Positions 36,564 to 45,818 of a stretch of DNA of 64,000 nt are shown here, one piece after another. The DNA lies in sequence record MN850621.1, one strand, 5' to 3'. Below the pieces are notes generated by a model. The model saw nothing but the letters and a program-made list of their open reading frames with translations, was not told the origin of the DNA and made no database searches. The stretch is from Escherichia phage dhabil. Position 1 is the stretch's first letter. Every line of letters starts with the position of its first letter. The translations under genes and the position numbers were made by a program.

Positions 36564-37040
36564 TTATAAGGCGAGATACCAGCCGTTGTAATTACTCTTA
36601 CGGACTAGCTTTTTGATGGATTCTCTGTCACCAGAGAACTTAGGAGTGAACAGGACGTCGCCTGCCTCATTTACTGAAGTGTCGAATATAATTATACAGT
36701 CTGCAACTTTATGATTCAAGAGCGGTCCCAGGTTTATCCCTGTTCCATAAGGGAAGTCACCCGAGTATCCTGTAGTGCAGGAAATCCACTTAGAATCAGA
36801 TTGGTGGGTCTTGACCTCTACACGTAGTCCGCAGTACATAGGATGGGCTAAAACATCCCAGGCGTAGGTATAAGGGTCGTCATGGTCTTCCAGACCACTG
36901 TTGACATATCCTTTCAACCAATCAGCAACCATGTACTCTGCATACGTTGCAATAACACACCGAGTCAATACTTCTTTCTTATCTTGGGAGGGGTCTTGGC
37001 TTAAGGAATATAATACGGTATCCTTAATCTTGACCTTCAT
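36564..37040 (-). CDS. Hypothetical protein (about 159 aa)
   Basis: ORF track 36564..37148 overlaps the upstream ORF; ATG at 37040 gives a clean junction; start uncertain. Confidence 0.4.
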   Translation of the reverse strand: MKVKIKDTVLYSLSQDPSQDKKEVLTRCVIATYAEYMVADWLKGYVNSGLEDHDDPYTYAWDVLAHPMYCGLRVEVKTHQSDSKWISCTTGYSGDFPYGTGINLGPLLNHKVADCIIIFDTSVNEAGDVLFTPKFSGDRESIKKLVRKSNYNGWYLAL

Positions 37041-37053
37041 TTCACCCGTTAAA

Positions 37054-37362
37054 TCAGATGTCTTCAGGGTAAATGTCGGCATCGCTGCCAATCGGAGTAA
37101 CCCCGGGTTCGTCTTCACCATAAATGCCTCGAATATGAAGTTCACCATAATAAATTCGGTCGTTTGGTTCTAAAATATCGGAATCAATTAAAGGAAATTC
37201 ACCTTCGACCACCTCATCACATTCTAGAAAAGCGTAATGGACATCGCCAGGATGTTTAACGAGCTTAGCACAATAAACAGTACCTGCTCGATGGAACCCA
37301 CGCAAATTAGAAATCTTGATATCACGTTCACCGACATTTAGGTAATTAATCATTTTACTCAC
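37054..37362 (-). CDS. Hypothetical protein (102 aa)
   Basis: ORF in operon orientation. Confidence 0.45.
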   Translation of the reverse strand: MSKMINYLNVGERDIKISNLRGFHRAGTVYCAKLVKHPGDVHYAFLECDEVVEGEFPLIDSDILEPNDRIYYGELHIRGIYGEDEPGVTPIGSDADIYPEDI

Positions 37363-37552
37363 CGAAATAAGAAATACGAACCTCTAAACAATGCGCATAT
37401 GCACCCATCGCATCCAGTTGGGCAATCAGTAACCCTTGTTGACGGATATCAAGAGTTTCAAAAACACCACCTTTAATAAACTCTTCGAGAGCATTAATTT
37501 TCAGGACCAGTTGGTCGTATTCTTCAATTACACGTGCTTGGAAACCTAACAT
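37355..37552 (-). CDS. Hypothetical protein (65 aa)
   Basis: ORF with GAGGA Shine-Dalgarno, downstream of hairpin 37565..37580. Confidence 0.45.
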   Translation of the reverse strand: MLGFQARVIEEYDQLVLKINALEEFIKGGVFETLDIRQQGLLIAQLDAMGAYAHCLEVRISYFGE

Positions 37553-37564
37553 AATTCCTCATTA

Positions 37565-37580
37565 GGAGGCCGAAGCCTCC
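37565..37580 (-). other. Tetraloop RNA hairpin after rIIB
   Basis: GGAGGC-CGAA-GCCTCC; no U tract. Confidence 0.4.
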
Positions 37581-37590
37581 ATTTATTAAT

Positions 37591-38559
37591 TTAGTATTTG
37601 TATTCGTTTGCGAACTGTTCAGTGACGTCTTCCAGAACTTCATAATAACATACACGCATTTTAGCATCACCGTAATCGACTGGGATACTAACAACATCAC
37701 GTGGGTTAACTTTACATGAAACTACTTTACAGTTAGAGTTACCAAAATGACCGATATAGCTACGAGAGCAAACATGCAGACCCGTTGAACAAGTTACTTC
37801 GTCGTCATCATTTACACGCGAACGAGGCATTTTAACTGGCTTACCTGGCGAGTTATCAAACGTACCAGTACGGCAGTCGGTGTAATCGGAGTTAACAACT
37901 TTCCATGCGATAAAGTGGCCGTCTTCAGTGATTTTGATATCGTTCGCGACCAGGAAGTCGAACAGACGCTGTACGGCTTTTTCGCTTGGGTTTTCTAACA
38001 GATTCTCAAGGAACGGCAGGTAGAATTCAAAATCTTCGCCATTTTCCATTGAGGTGATAATACGGTCAATCAACCCTGAACGTAATTCAATACCTTGATA
38101 AACCAGACGTCCACCTTCAATACGAACGTTACCTTTAACGAAAGCCTTGACAGCTTCTTTAATGGAAATCAGTTTAATCGCATCATCAAAACGGGATTCT
38201 TTAAGAGCCTGTACGATGGCATCAAAATGTTTGTTCTTATTAGTAGTGTTCCATACTGTACGACCTTCAGTGATGGATACGAATTTAGAACTGGCGTTCC
38301 AGATAATTTCTGGACGAGAACCGCCGATAGTAATATCCACCGGAACAAATCGAGGTTCGTTAGGAACCGTTACTTTGATATTTCCGGTAATAACCACTTG
38401 AGAACGTTTAGCTTCTTCAGCATTTTTCAGGACTTTACGGATGCTATCAACCGAGACACTGTACCGGTCGGCCAACTCATTCTGGGTATAATTACCAGAA
38501 GTATATAACTTAACGATGTCGACTTGTTCGGATTTAGTCAAACACTTAATATTGTACAT
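37591..38559 (-). CDS. rIIB: rIIB protein
   Basis: 322 aa; N-terminus MYNIKCLTK.EQ..IVKLY.SGNYTQ.ELAD and C-terminal blocks CSTGLHVCS, NPRDVVSIPVDY, DAKMR, YEV.EDVTEQF match T4 rIIB. Confidence 0.85.
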   Translation of the reverse strand: MYNIKCLTKSEQVDIVKLYTSGNYTQNELADRYSVSVDSIRKVLKNAEEAKRSQVVITGNIKVTVPNEPRFVPVDITIGGSRPEIIWNASSKFVSITEGRTVWNTTNKNKHFDAIVQALKESRFDDAIKLISIKEAVKAFVKGNVRIEGGRLVYQGIELRSGLIDRIITSMENGEDFEFYLPFLENLLENPSEKAVQRLFDFLVANDIKITEDGHFIAWKVVNSDYTDCRTGTFDNSPGKPVKMPRSRVNDDDEVTCSTGLHVCSRSYIGHFGNSNCKVVSCKVNPRDVVSIPVDYGDAKMRVCYYEVLEDVTEQFANEYKY

Positions 38560-38573
38560 AATATTTCCTTAGA

Positions 38574-40784
38574 TTAAGCCGCTTCCACGGCTTTCATGAA
38601 TTTAACGATTTGAGCTACAGAAGCCTCGGTAATGGATGTTCCACGACGATACATGTAATCCGAAACTAAATGGTAATCGGATTCAAACTGTACAGTCATT
38701 TTATCATTGTTACTTGAAGCATTATTGGTTAGCGTATTGAACGTCGTGTTACAGATTTTCTTGATAACAGAAAGTTTGTCATCAGTGATATACCCATGGA
38801 AATTCATATAACGGAATATATCATAGAAATTGCTCAGACGAGTATATGCTTCAGACACCGGCTTATCACTGAAATATTTAGTCATAAAACCAAGCTCAGG
38901 GAACTTAGCAATAATTTCAAGATAATACCTTGCACGGGTATTACTACCAATATAATCATCAATATCTACAGCATCTAGTGCTTCGGCATAAGCTTCTAAC
39001 GTGGTTTCCATCAAGCATTCACATTGGCCTAACTTTTTAATCTTTTTGGCAATCTGAGGGCGAATGATATGGAATTCGGTAGCACCAATCAAATTAGCCA
39101 TACGGCACATGGTAGTGGTGTTGATGTCAAAGATACCATAAGCTTCATCCATTCCCATGATATCAGAACGACTACCAAACAATACGTACCCTGTAATTTC
39201 TTCTGCTTCTGCAGCAGTTAAGTATAAGGTCTCTTGTTGCCAACGCCCGTCTTTAATGAACCAACGATAAGCACTTGGTGTTTTAGGACGAGGTTCGGAT
39301 GAACGAACAGTAACCGGAATCCACGGCTTAACAATTTTATTCAGTTCAGAGACTTTATAAAAATGAATTGTGTCGCCTTTAAAAAGTTCTTTAACCTTTT
39401 CAAGTTGTTGCATTTGCAACATTGAATTCGGGTCAACAAAAATAAGGTCTGTTCTGTATTTAGGAATATTGTGCTCTTTAACAATTTTCTTGGCCGAAGC
39501 GCTGTTGTCCATTGCTAAGGCCCAAAGTCCTCGAACTAATGGCACACGACCCTTTTCATCATCATAAACAATATGGATTTCTTTATTATTAATACCTAAT
39601 AGGCCACTAAGTCCTGCTACCGAAGAAGTATTACCACTCGGCTTAATTCGTTTCAAACGTGGGTCCATACAAACTTCGTAAACAACACCCAAATTAATAA
39701 GGTCGTTTTGAAGTGTATAACGTTGGTACAATTTCTCGTATGTTAATTTTTCAGTTGTGAACTCTTTAGTAACGCCTCTTTTAGAAAGATAGTCGCGAGC
39801 ACTATAACCTAGGTTAGAAAGGTCACGATAAACATGACGTGGATTATCAGATTCAACCCATTCCTGTGTATCGTTTTTAAAGACCAATGCATCCAAGGCT
39901 TCGATACGAGTTGCGATATTTTCCATTGTGCGTTTATCAAGAGACAGCACTTCACGAGATGGAGCGATATCTAACGAACCCATAGGGAACTTAATATAAA
40001 CTACATCATGGCGAGTACGCATCCATGTGCCTTTAATATAAGCCGAATCCAATGGATAAACAATACCACCATAAACGGCATAAAGCCCTGAACGTTCAAA
40101 ATCACCGTAGCCGGTATCGGTTACAGCATAGTAGTCATCAAATTCAGGGAAATAATCAACTTCGGCCCCATCAACATCACCAAGCCCAATGAACGGGCGC
40201 ATGATATATCGAACTTCAGTTTCAAACTTACGGAAATCTTCTTCGTCGACAGGAACCGTGATTTCGATACCTGTTTTGTCGCCTGGTTGCATTGGTTCAA
40301 CGAATGTAGGTTTAATCTGCGGCCCGTCACCATCCATATAAGCTACATAACCGCGAACTTCACCATTATGCCAGGATGTAATATTAAACGTTTCGGTATA
40401 ACTGAACGGGGATTTAGAACCAAGGCCAAATCCACCAATGAAATCGTTAGAAGCAGTTTTAGATGATGCGAAATAAGAGTTATACAAACCGGTTTCGTTT
40501 TCATCACCACGAATCTGGAAATCGCTCATACCTGGACCGAAATCACGACACACAAAGCGTGGGTCGAGCTTACCAGGAACCTGTACTTTCCAACGTTCTT
40601 TATTACCATTCAGAATATGAGCATCGATCATGTTGGTAATTAGTTCACGAACTACAGCACGCACCTTATTACTATAAAGGTCTGATGAAAGAATTTTAAA
40701 GACCTTAGGTGAGGCCTGGATAGTAAATCCTGTGGACTTAGCACCATTACCAATGATTTGTTCTTTTTCGGTTTCAATAATCAT
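38574..40784 (-). CDS. rIIA: rIIA protein
   Basis: 736 aa, adjacent to rIIB; size and order as T4 rIIA. Confidence 0.85.
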   Translation of the reverse strand: MIIETEKEQIIGNGAKSTGFTIQASPKVFKILSSDLYSNKVRAVVRELITNMIDAHILNGNKERWKVQVPGKLDPRFVCRDFGPGMSDFQIRGDENETGLYNSYFASSKTASNDFIGGFGLGSKSPFSYTETFNITSWHNGEVRGYVAYMDGDGPQIKPTFVEPMQPGDKTGIEITVPVDEEDFRKFETEVRYIMRPFIGLGDVDGAEVDYFPEFDDYYAVTDTGYGDFERSGLYAVYGGIVYPLDSAYIKGTWMRTRHDVVYIKFPMGSLDIAPSREVLSLDKRTMENIATRIEALDALVFKNDTQEWVESDNPRHVYRDLSNLGYSARDYLSKRGVTKEFTTEKLTYEKLYQRYTLQNDLINLGVVYEVCMDPRLKRIKPSGNTSSVAGLSGLLGINNKEIHIVYDDEKGRVPLVRGLWALAMDNSASAKKIVKEHNIPKYRTDLIFVDPNSMLQMQQLEKVKELFKGDTIHFYKVSELNKIVKPWIPVTVRSSEPRPKTPSAYRWFIKDGRWQQETLYLTAAEAEEITGYVLFGSRSDIMGMDEAYGIFDINTTTMCRMANLIGATEFHIIRPQIAKKIKKLGQCECLMETTLEAYAEALDAVDIDDYIGSNTRARYYLEIIAKFPELGFMTKYFSDKPVSEAYTRLSNFYDIFRYMNFHGYITDDKLSVIKKICNTTFNTLTNNASSNNDKMTVQFESDYHLVSDYMYRRGTSITEASVAQIVKFMKAVEAA

Positions 40785-40791
40785 ATTTTTC

Positions 40792-40995
40792 TCAATTCAG
40801 GTTACGTTTAAAAATATCTGCTACTTCAAGGAGCTCTTCCTTAGTAGCGATGTCGTTGAGTATTTTATACCGTATTTCCTTAAAGCGTTCTTTAAAATCT
40901 TCAGCTGCATTGATATCAAAAAATCTCTGGATTAGCCGGAATTCTTTATGGACAGCTTTATCGAACAAATCAATGTTGACTTTAAAGTTTGTCAT
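40792..40995 (-). CDS. Hypothetical protein (67 aa)
   Basis: ORF immediately upstream of rIIA. Confidence 0.45.
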   Translation of the reverse strand: MTNFKVNIDLFDKAVHKEFRLIQRFFDINAAEDFKERFKEIRYKILNDIATKEELLEVADIFKRNLN

Positions 40996-41305
40996 TTTTA
41001 ACTACCTCATGTTGAACATATTCTCTGGTAGAACCTAGTTCAGCCAGAATTCTTCTCATAGAACCCATTGTACTTTTGTGCTCTCTGTGGCGATACAATA
41101 TCTCTAGAACCTTTTCCTGGACAACGGGAGAGAGCGCCTGGTTATCTTTAATCTTTAAGGCAATAGATTTTACAGCCTTAAGGTATTCTAGTCCCTTACC
41201 GCTTGTAATCACTACTCCTTCATCTTTACAGTTACGAATAGCGGTTTCCATAAAGGATAAAGCCAAGTTGTCAGTGTTCACTATACTATTATCTTGCATA
41301 ATCAT
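40982..41305 (-). CDS. Hypothetical protein (107 aa)
   Basis: ORF in operon orientation. Confidence 0.45.
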   Translation of the reverse strand: MIMQDNSIVNTDNLALSFMETAIRNCKDEGVVITSGKGLEYLKAVKSIALKIKDNQALSPVVQEKVLEILYRHREHKSTMGSMRRILAELGSTREYVQHEVVKNDKL

Positions 41306-41356
41306 ATTCTCACCTCTTAGAGAATCATATCACACTTTTAATCTGTTGTAAACCCC

Positions 41357-41377
41357 GAAAAGGGCCCGTAGGCCCTT
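41357..41377 (-). terminator. Intrinsic terminator
   Basis: AAGGGCC-CGTA-GGCCCTT, followed in the minus-strand RNA by UUUU. Confidence 0.5.
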
Positions 41378-41379
41378 AA

Positions 41380-41532
41380 TTATTCAATTTTGTAGACTTG
41401 ACCTCGAACTTGATAAAATTCGCCTTCCCAGGTTTCTACCATAATGGTCACATACTCTGCGAACAAAGGTCTCTTCTCGGCCCAGAGGTATCCAAATTCA
41501 CCGGTGGCTAGCGTTATCCAGTACTTTCTCAT
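41380..41532 (-). CDS. Small protein (50 aa), not in ORF track
   Basis: MRKYWITLATGEFGYLWAEKRPLFAEYVTIMVETWEGEFYQVRGQVYKIE; AGGAG Shine-Dalgarno 4 nt upstream; terminator directly downstream. Confidence 0.4.
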   Translation of the reverse strand: MRKYWITLATGEFGYLWAEKRPLFAEYVTIMVETWEGEFYQVRGQVYKIE

Positions 41533-41575
41533 AAAGTCTCCTAATTGTATGGCACTCATGTACCATACATATTTA

Positions 41576-43393
41576 TTACGACATCCAGGCCTTACGGAGT
41601 TGAGGGTCGTTCCCGAGGAGCATTTCGAACTGTTCTTTCCAATCTTCAGGCAATTGAACTACATCAAATTTAGGGTCTTGAATCATTCGACGGTATTCAG
41701 CTTTCTCAAGAGAACCTAAACCTTTAATATATCGAATAGAATGTTTCGGTAGAGAGTCCTTGGCTTTGGTATAACTAGGAACATCATAAAACCATTCTTG
41801 TTCTTTACCGACCTGGGCAATAATCACCGGAGTTTTACAGAATCTCACTCGACCTTGTTCGAACAATTCAGGCCATTGACTAAAGAAGGCTAGCAATGAT
41901 GGATAAATCGAACCAGTACCATCCACATCAGCATCGGTCATAATGGCGATATTACGATAGTTGGTTTTATCTGCAGGTTCGCCAATAACCAATCCAGTGA
42001 TTGCACAGATATCAAATAGTTCCTTATTCTTCATGATATCTGTTGCTGTCATTCCCCAGGTATTCATAACCTTACCACGTAATGGATAACCACCTTGAAG
42101 GTCTTTATTACGGACTTCAATGAAAGGACCCATAGCGGAATCACCTTCAGTCAAGAACAGGGTTGTATCGGCATCTTTACCGTATAAGTTAGCTTTAATA
42201 TGCTTATGGACCTTGGCTTTAGAAGCTTTCTTAGCAGCTTTAGTTTCAGCAGCCTTTTCAGCTGCTAATTTACGTGCTAAAGCAGCTTCGACGATAGGCA
42301 TAATAAGCCCTTCGTTTTTAAGAATATACTGTGAGATTTTCTTTGCATCAATTTGAATATGATTACGAATTTCACCGAATGGTGACGTCAAACGCTCTTT
42401 AGTCTGGGAATCAAAACGCATATTACTCATATCACGAATGAACATTACCATCGTAAGGCATTCTTTAACACGAGCCTTTGTTACTTCAATTCCACGATAT
42501 TTCTTTTTAATACCAGGCAGAAGGTGCTCACAAATATCATCGAATACACATTCAACGTGGTGACCACCATTCTTAGTGTGGATATTGTTTACATAAGTCA
42601 GTTGACGGAAACCATCTGGAGATGTAGTAAATGCCATTGAGACATTATCGGTTTCTTGAATTACTACATCTTTACCAAATTGATTAGCATACTTTTTAAA
42701 GTTACCATCTACTTTTTTACCATTAAAAGTAAATTGGATACTAGGATAAATTACAGCTAGGGTTTTAAGACGATCTAAAGTAATATCCAGATAAATTTGG
42801 GTCAAACTATTTTCTTCGAAATGGTTAAAGTCTGGAGTGAATATAACCGAAGTGCCTTTATCTTTGGATTTCTTAGTAGTCCAACCTTTGTTTTCCATTC
42901 CGTTAGAACAGTTAACAGTAATCTCATTCTCACCATCAGAGGTGATGCCTGTGAACAAAACGGAGAAGATATTAGTTAAACTACTACCGACACCATTCAT
43001 GCCACCTGTCTTACGCTCTGCGTCATCTCCAAAGTTACCACCAGCCTTTGGAATAGTCCATGCAGCTACAGGACCTGGAATTTGTTCACCGTTTTGGTCA
43101 GTAACCATTGCTTGTGGAATACCACGGCCATTATCAGAAACTGAAACCTGATTATTCTTAATTCGGACATCAATTTTGTTTGCGAATTTAAAATTAGTAC
43201 GAATAGCTTCATCGACAGAGTTATCAATGATTTCATCAATTAATTTAACTAGCCCTGGAACATAGTTCACCTGTGTAAAATTACCGAACAGGAATCGACC
43301 ATGGGCTTCATTAGCACTAGAGCCAATATACATCCCACTACGTTTTTTGATATGTTCAATGTCGGACAGTACTTTAATTTCATTCTTAATCAT
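41576..43393 (-). CDS. 39: DNA topoisomerase II large subunit (GyrB-like ATPase plus Toprim), single unsplit gene
   Basis: 605 aa continuous ORF with GHKL ATPase N-terminus and Toprim region. Confidence 0.85.
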   Translation of the reverse strand: MIKNEIKVLSDIEHIKKRSGMYIGSSANEAHGRFLFGNFTQVNYVPGLVKLIDEIIDNSVDEAIRTNFKFANKIDVRIKNNQVSVSDNGRGIPQAMVTDQNGEQIPGPVAAWTIPKAGGNFGDDAERKTGGMNGVGSSLTNIFSVLFTGITSDGENEITVNCSNGMENKGWTTKKSKDKGTSVIFTPDFNHFEENSLTQIYLDITLDRLKTLAVIYPSIQFTFNGKKVDGNFKKYANQFGKDVVIQETDNVSMAFTTSPDGFRQLTYVNNIHTKNGGHHVECVFDDICEHLLPGIKKKYRGIEVTKARVKECLTMVMFIRDMSNMRFDSQTKERLTSPFGEIRNHIQIDAKKISQYILKNEGLIMPIVEAALARKLAAEKAAETKAAKKASKAKVHKHIKANLYGKDADTTLFLTEGDSAMGPFIEVRNKDLQGGYPLRGKVMNTWGMTATDIMKNKELFDICAITGLVIGEPADKTNYRNIAIMTDADVDGTGSIYPSLLAFFSQWPELFEQGRVRFCKTPVIIAQVGKEQEWFYDVPSYTKAKDSLPKHSIRYIKGLGSLEKAEYRRMIQDPKFDVVQLPEDWKEQFEMLLGNDPQLRKAWMS

Positions 43394-43441
43394 GTTATTT
43401 CCTCATGTAGTAGGAGAATATTATCCCATTTCACTTAAAGC

Positions 43442-43461
43442 ATAAAAGGGCCGAAGCCCTT
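43442..43461 (-). terminator. Intrinsic terminator after lipoprotein gene
   Basis: AAGGGC-CGAA-GCCCTT, followed in the minus-strand RNA by UUUU. Confidence 0.5.
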
Positions 43462-43720
43462 AATCAAATCGGATGGTCGACTTTTTAAAGAATAACCCAG
43501 AACAAACTGTTCCTTCAACCCTTTTACCTGTCGGACCTACAGCAATAAAGCCTGTACGTTGGAAATCATCTTCAGAACAGCCAAATAGGTTGTATCCTGT
43601 GATTTGGATTTGTTTGTAGCCATTTGCATCCAATACACGGGCGGCATTATCGGCATCAGTACAACCAACCAACGAAACTGCTAGTACCAGAGCTGCAATA
43701 GAACGATTAACGTATTTCAT
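43460..43720 (-). CDS. Predicted lipoprotein (86 aa)
   Basis: Signal peptide with lipobox LVGC then a small Cys-containing domain. Confidence 0.5.
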   Translation of the reverse strand: MKYVNRSIAALVLAVSLVGCTDADNAARVLDANGYKQIQITGYNLFGCSEDDFQRTGFIAVGPTGKRVEGTVCSGLFFKKSTIRFD

Positions 43721-43726
43721 AATTTC

Positions 43727-43903
43727 TCACTTAGTCAGCAGGTCGTAAAAACCGCCATTAACATGTTTAGGGGCCGAGACTAACCGAACAGCCAGCCGAT
43801 GGCAATCAGGACAAACATCGTTATCTCTTTCAGAGATTTTCTTGATTTTTTCGTATTCTTTTGCACAGTCTTCAGATTGGCATTTGTAATCATAAAGTGG
43901 CAT
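43727..43903 (-). CDS. FmdB-like zinc-ribbon protein (58 aa), not in ORF track
   Basis: MPLYDYKCQSEDCAKEYEKIKKISERDNDVCPDCHRLAVRL...; CxxC pairs. Confidence 0.4.
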   Translation of the reverse strand: MPLYDYKCQSEDCAKEYEKIKKISERDNDVCPDCHRLAVRLVSAPKHVNGGFYDLLTK

Positions 43904-43904
43904 G

Positions 43905-44342
43905 TTATTCCTTAAAGTGTGCTTTCAGCATCTGGTAAACGGTCCAGGCTTCAGAGTTATTAGAGATAGTGATTTTAGTCAAAGGGAAATCACTCGGTTC
44001 ATATGGGGCTGCATCTTCAGACTGGTCTTCGTCTTCAGAGAAACCATCTTCGGCCCATTCGTCTTCACTGTCAACTACAACCATTTCCGTAAAGAATTTA
44101 CGCTCGCTTGGATATAAAACCATATCAATGTTATCGCCATAAGCCAAGTCTGCATTAAATACATATCCAGCCGATACTCTAACAGGGCAAAAACCTTCAG
44201 AATTGACAATAATATCTGCTATAGAAGAATTATCAGGATTTCTAATATTATGGGAATTCAGCTTACGGAATTCAGCTTCTGCCGCGTCATCTTTAAAATA
44301 GTACCATTTACCTTTTTCAAATTCGAGTTCTTGATTAAGCAT
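43905..44342 (-). CDS. Hypothetical acidic protein (about 145 aa)
   Basis: ORF track 43905..44435; ATG at 44342 gives an 8-nt overlap with the upstream ORF stop. Confidence 0.45.
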   Translation of the reverse strand: MLNQELEFEKGKWYYFKDDAAEAEFRKLNSHNIRNPDNSSIADIIVNSEGFCPVRVSAGYVFNADLAYGDNIDMVLYPSERKFFTEMVVVDSEDEWAEDGFSEDEDQSEDAAPYEPSDFPLTKITISNNSEAWTVYQMLKAHFKE

Positions 44343-44553
44343 TGTAAGTTTCCTTCCAGAAGTCGGTGCCTTCAGCAGTGATTTCACGGAACACTGCATA
44401 GATAGGGTTTTTATCGCCTTGATTTTCGTATACATAAACCGACGATAAATGAGAAAACGTATCAGAATGTTCCTTTTGAACCACGATTAAATCAGGGTTG
44501 AACAGAACGTCTTCAAATTCTTCACGAGTCGAGTTCACAGTAACTTTAGCCAT
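44335..44553 (-). CDS. Hypothetical protein (72 aa)
   Basis: First ORF after promoter-like cassette 44584..44613. Confidence 0.45.
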   Translation of the reverse strand: MAKVTVNSTREEFEDVLFNPDLIVVQKEHSDTFSHLSSVYVYENQGDKNPIYAVFREITAEGTDFWKETYNA

Positions 44554-44583
44554 TTTATTTTCCTCTCATTTGTTGATAAGGTA

Positions 44584-44613
44584 ATAGTATCACTACCCTA
44601 CCGTATTGTATAC
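44584..44613 (-). promoter_or_regulatory. Early-promoter-like cassette (GTATAC -35 variant)
   Basis: Minus strand GTATAC - 18 nt - TACTAT - TACCTTATCAACAAATGAGAGGAA - ATG. Confidence 0.35.
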
Positions 44614-44626
44614 TGTTTTTTTAAAC

Positions 44627-45190
44627 TTATGCACGATGAATATTAGCATACTCGACAATAAAGCTTTCAGGAACCACCTTAAAAGTTCCAAGGAACACGA
44701 TGTTATAAAGCTTAACGCCTTCTTCAACCCACTGGTCTGTGATGTAACCGGACATGCTGGTGGTTTCATAAGTACCGAAAAGTTCGTCATCGTATTCAAA
44801 CGGCTTAGGGGAAACGAAAAAGACACCTTGACCTAATTCCCATTTAAAATCAACACCCACATGAGACTGGTCGATAGTTTCAACGTCTTGAGCTACTACG
44901 CCACGGATATCATTGCTTTCACATACATACCCATCATGGGATTCAACTTCTTCAACCACTGGGGTATGAACAAGTTCAGGAACTATTGGACGCGCTTTCC
45001 AGCCCTTAGAAATCAAAGTGACATAGCGTTCTTTAACATAACCTACAGTTGAAGAAACGAAACCACTGGAACGAAATGCCTGGACTTTAACAAGACCACG
45101 AGAGAAATTGAATCCAATAATAATACATTTTTTACCAGCAACTTTAGATTTAGAATCTTCGGAAACCGATACGATATCACCAATTTTCAT
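44627..45190 (-). CDS. Hypothetical protein (187 aa), paralog of 45268..45816
   Basis: Shares C-terminal block GYITDQWVEEGVKLYNIVFLGTFKVVPES with the next ORF. Confidence 0.5.
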   Translation of the reverse strand: MKIGDIVSVSEDSKSKVAGKKCIIIGFNFSRGLVKVQAFRSSGFVSSTVGYVKERYVTLISKGWKARPIVPELVHTPVVEEVESHDGYVCESNDIRGVVAQDVETIDQSHVGVDFKWELGQGVFFVSPKPFEYDDELFGTYETTSMSGYITDQWVEEGVKLYNIVFLGTFKVVPESFIVEYANIHRA

Positions 45191-45236
45191 AATATTACCT
45201 TTTGTTTAGGAATTAGGTTTATTCTCCATAAGAGCC

Positions 45237-45265
45237 ATTATAACATGGCTCTCGATAAAGTAAAC
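45237..45265 (-). promoter_or_regulatory. Early promoter (canonical GTTTAC-N17-TATAAT)
   Basis: Minus strand GTTTAC - 17 nt - TATAAT, about 45 nt upstream of ORF 44627..45190. Confidence 0.55.
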
Positions 45266-45267
45266 TA

Positions 45268-45816
45268 TTAATTCAATACATTAACCACTGCACTACGAGG
45301 TACTACGCTAAAATCACCAGCATGTACAACGTTCAGCAGCTCAACACCATCTTCAATCCACTGGTCTGTTACCCAACCACAGATAGGATTATCAAAAGGA
45401 CGACGGATAGCCACAGCAGCACACAACAGGTCGGTAGGGCCTTGTTCTTCAACTTCTTGGAACAGGATGAACTCATCTTCATAAACCAGGTTTTTCTCTA
45501 TTTTGTTATTATCTAACCGGCGACCGTGGATGACGTAAGATTTGTCAAACCACTCACTTTTGGCGAATTCTTCAACAATAAATTCGCCTTCGCCAAAAAC
45601 ATAAGTCAGAGTTTTATAACCGGAAATCAGGGCCTTAGTTTTAAATTCAGGTTCAACCAGTTTGTAGGTTTTGCCGATTTCGATAGTCTGAGTAGTCATA
45701 GTGGGTTCCTTAATTTCCAATGGTTTAATAGGGGCTACATAAGTGCTTAAAACATCAAAATCAATCAATTTGGCCGCCGGGTTCGGTGTGTATTTGGGAT
45801 TATAATTAAATTTCAT
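45268..45816 (-). CDS. Hypothetical protein (182 aa), paralog of 44627..45190
   Basis: C-terminal block GWVTDQWIEDGVELLNVVHAGDFSVVPRS. Confidence 0.5.
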   Translation of the reverse strand: MKFNYNPKYTPNPAAKLIDFDVLSTYVAPIKPLEIKEPTMTTQTIEIGKTYKLVEPEFKTKALISGYKTLTYVFGEGEFIVEEFAKSEWFDKSYVIHGRRLDNNKIEKNLVYEDEFILFQEVEEQGPTDLLCAAVAIRRPFDNPICGWVTDQWIEDGVELLNVVHAGDFSVVPRSAVVNVLN

Positions 45817-45818
45817 AA

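Noticed and set aside
41348-41353. GTTTAC at 41348-41353 as another early promoter
   Set aside because: No acceptable -10 hexamer at 17-18 nt spacing; it overlaps the U tract of the adjacent terminator
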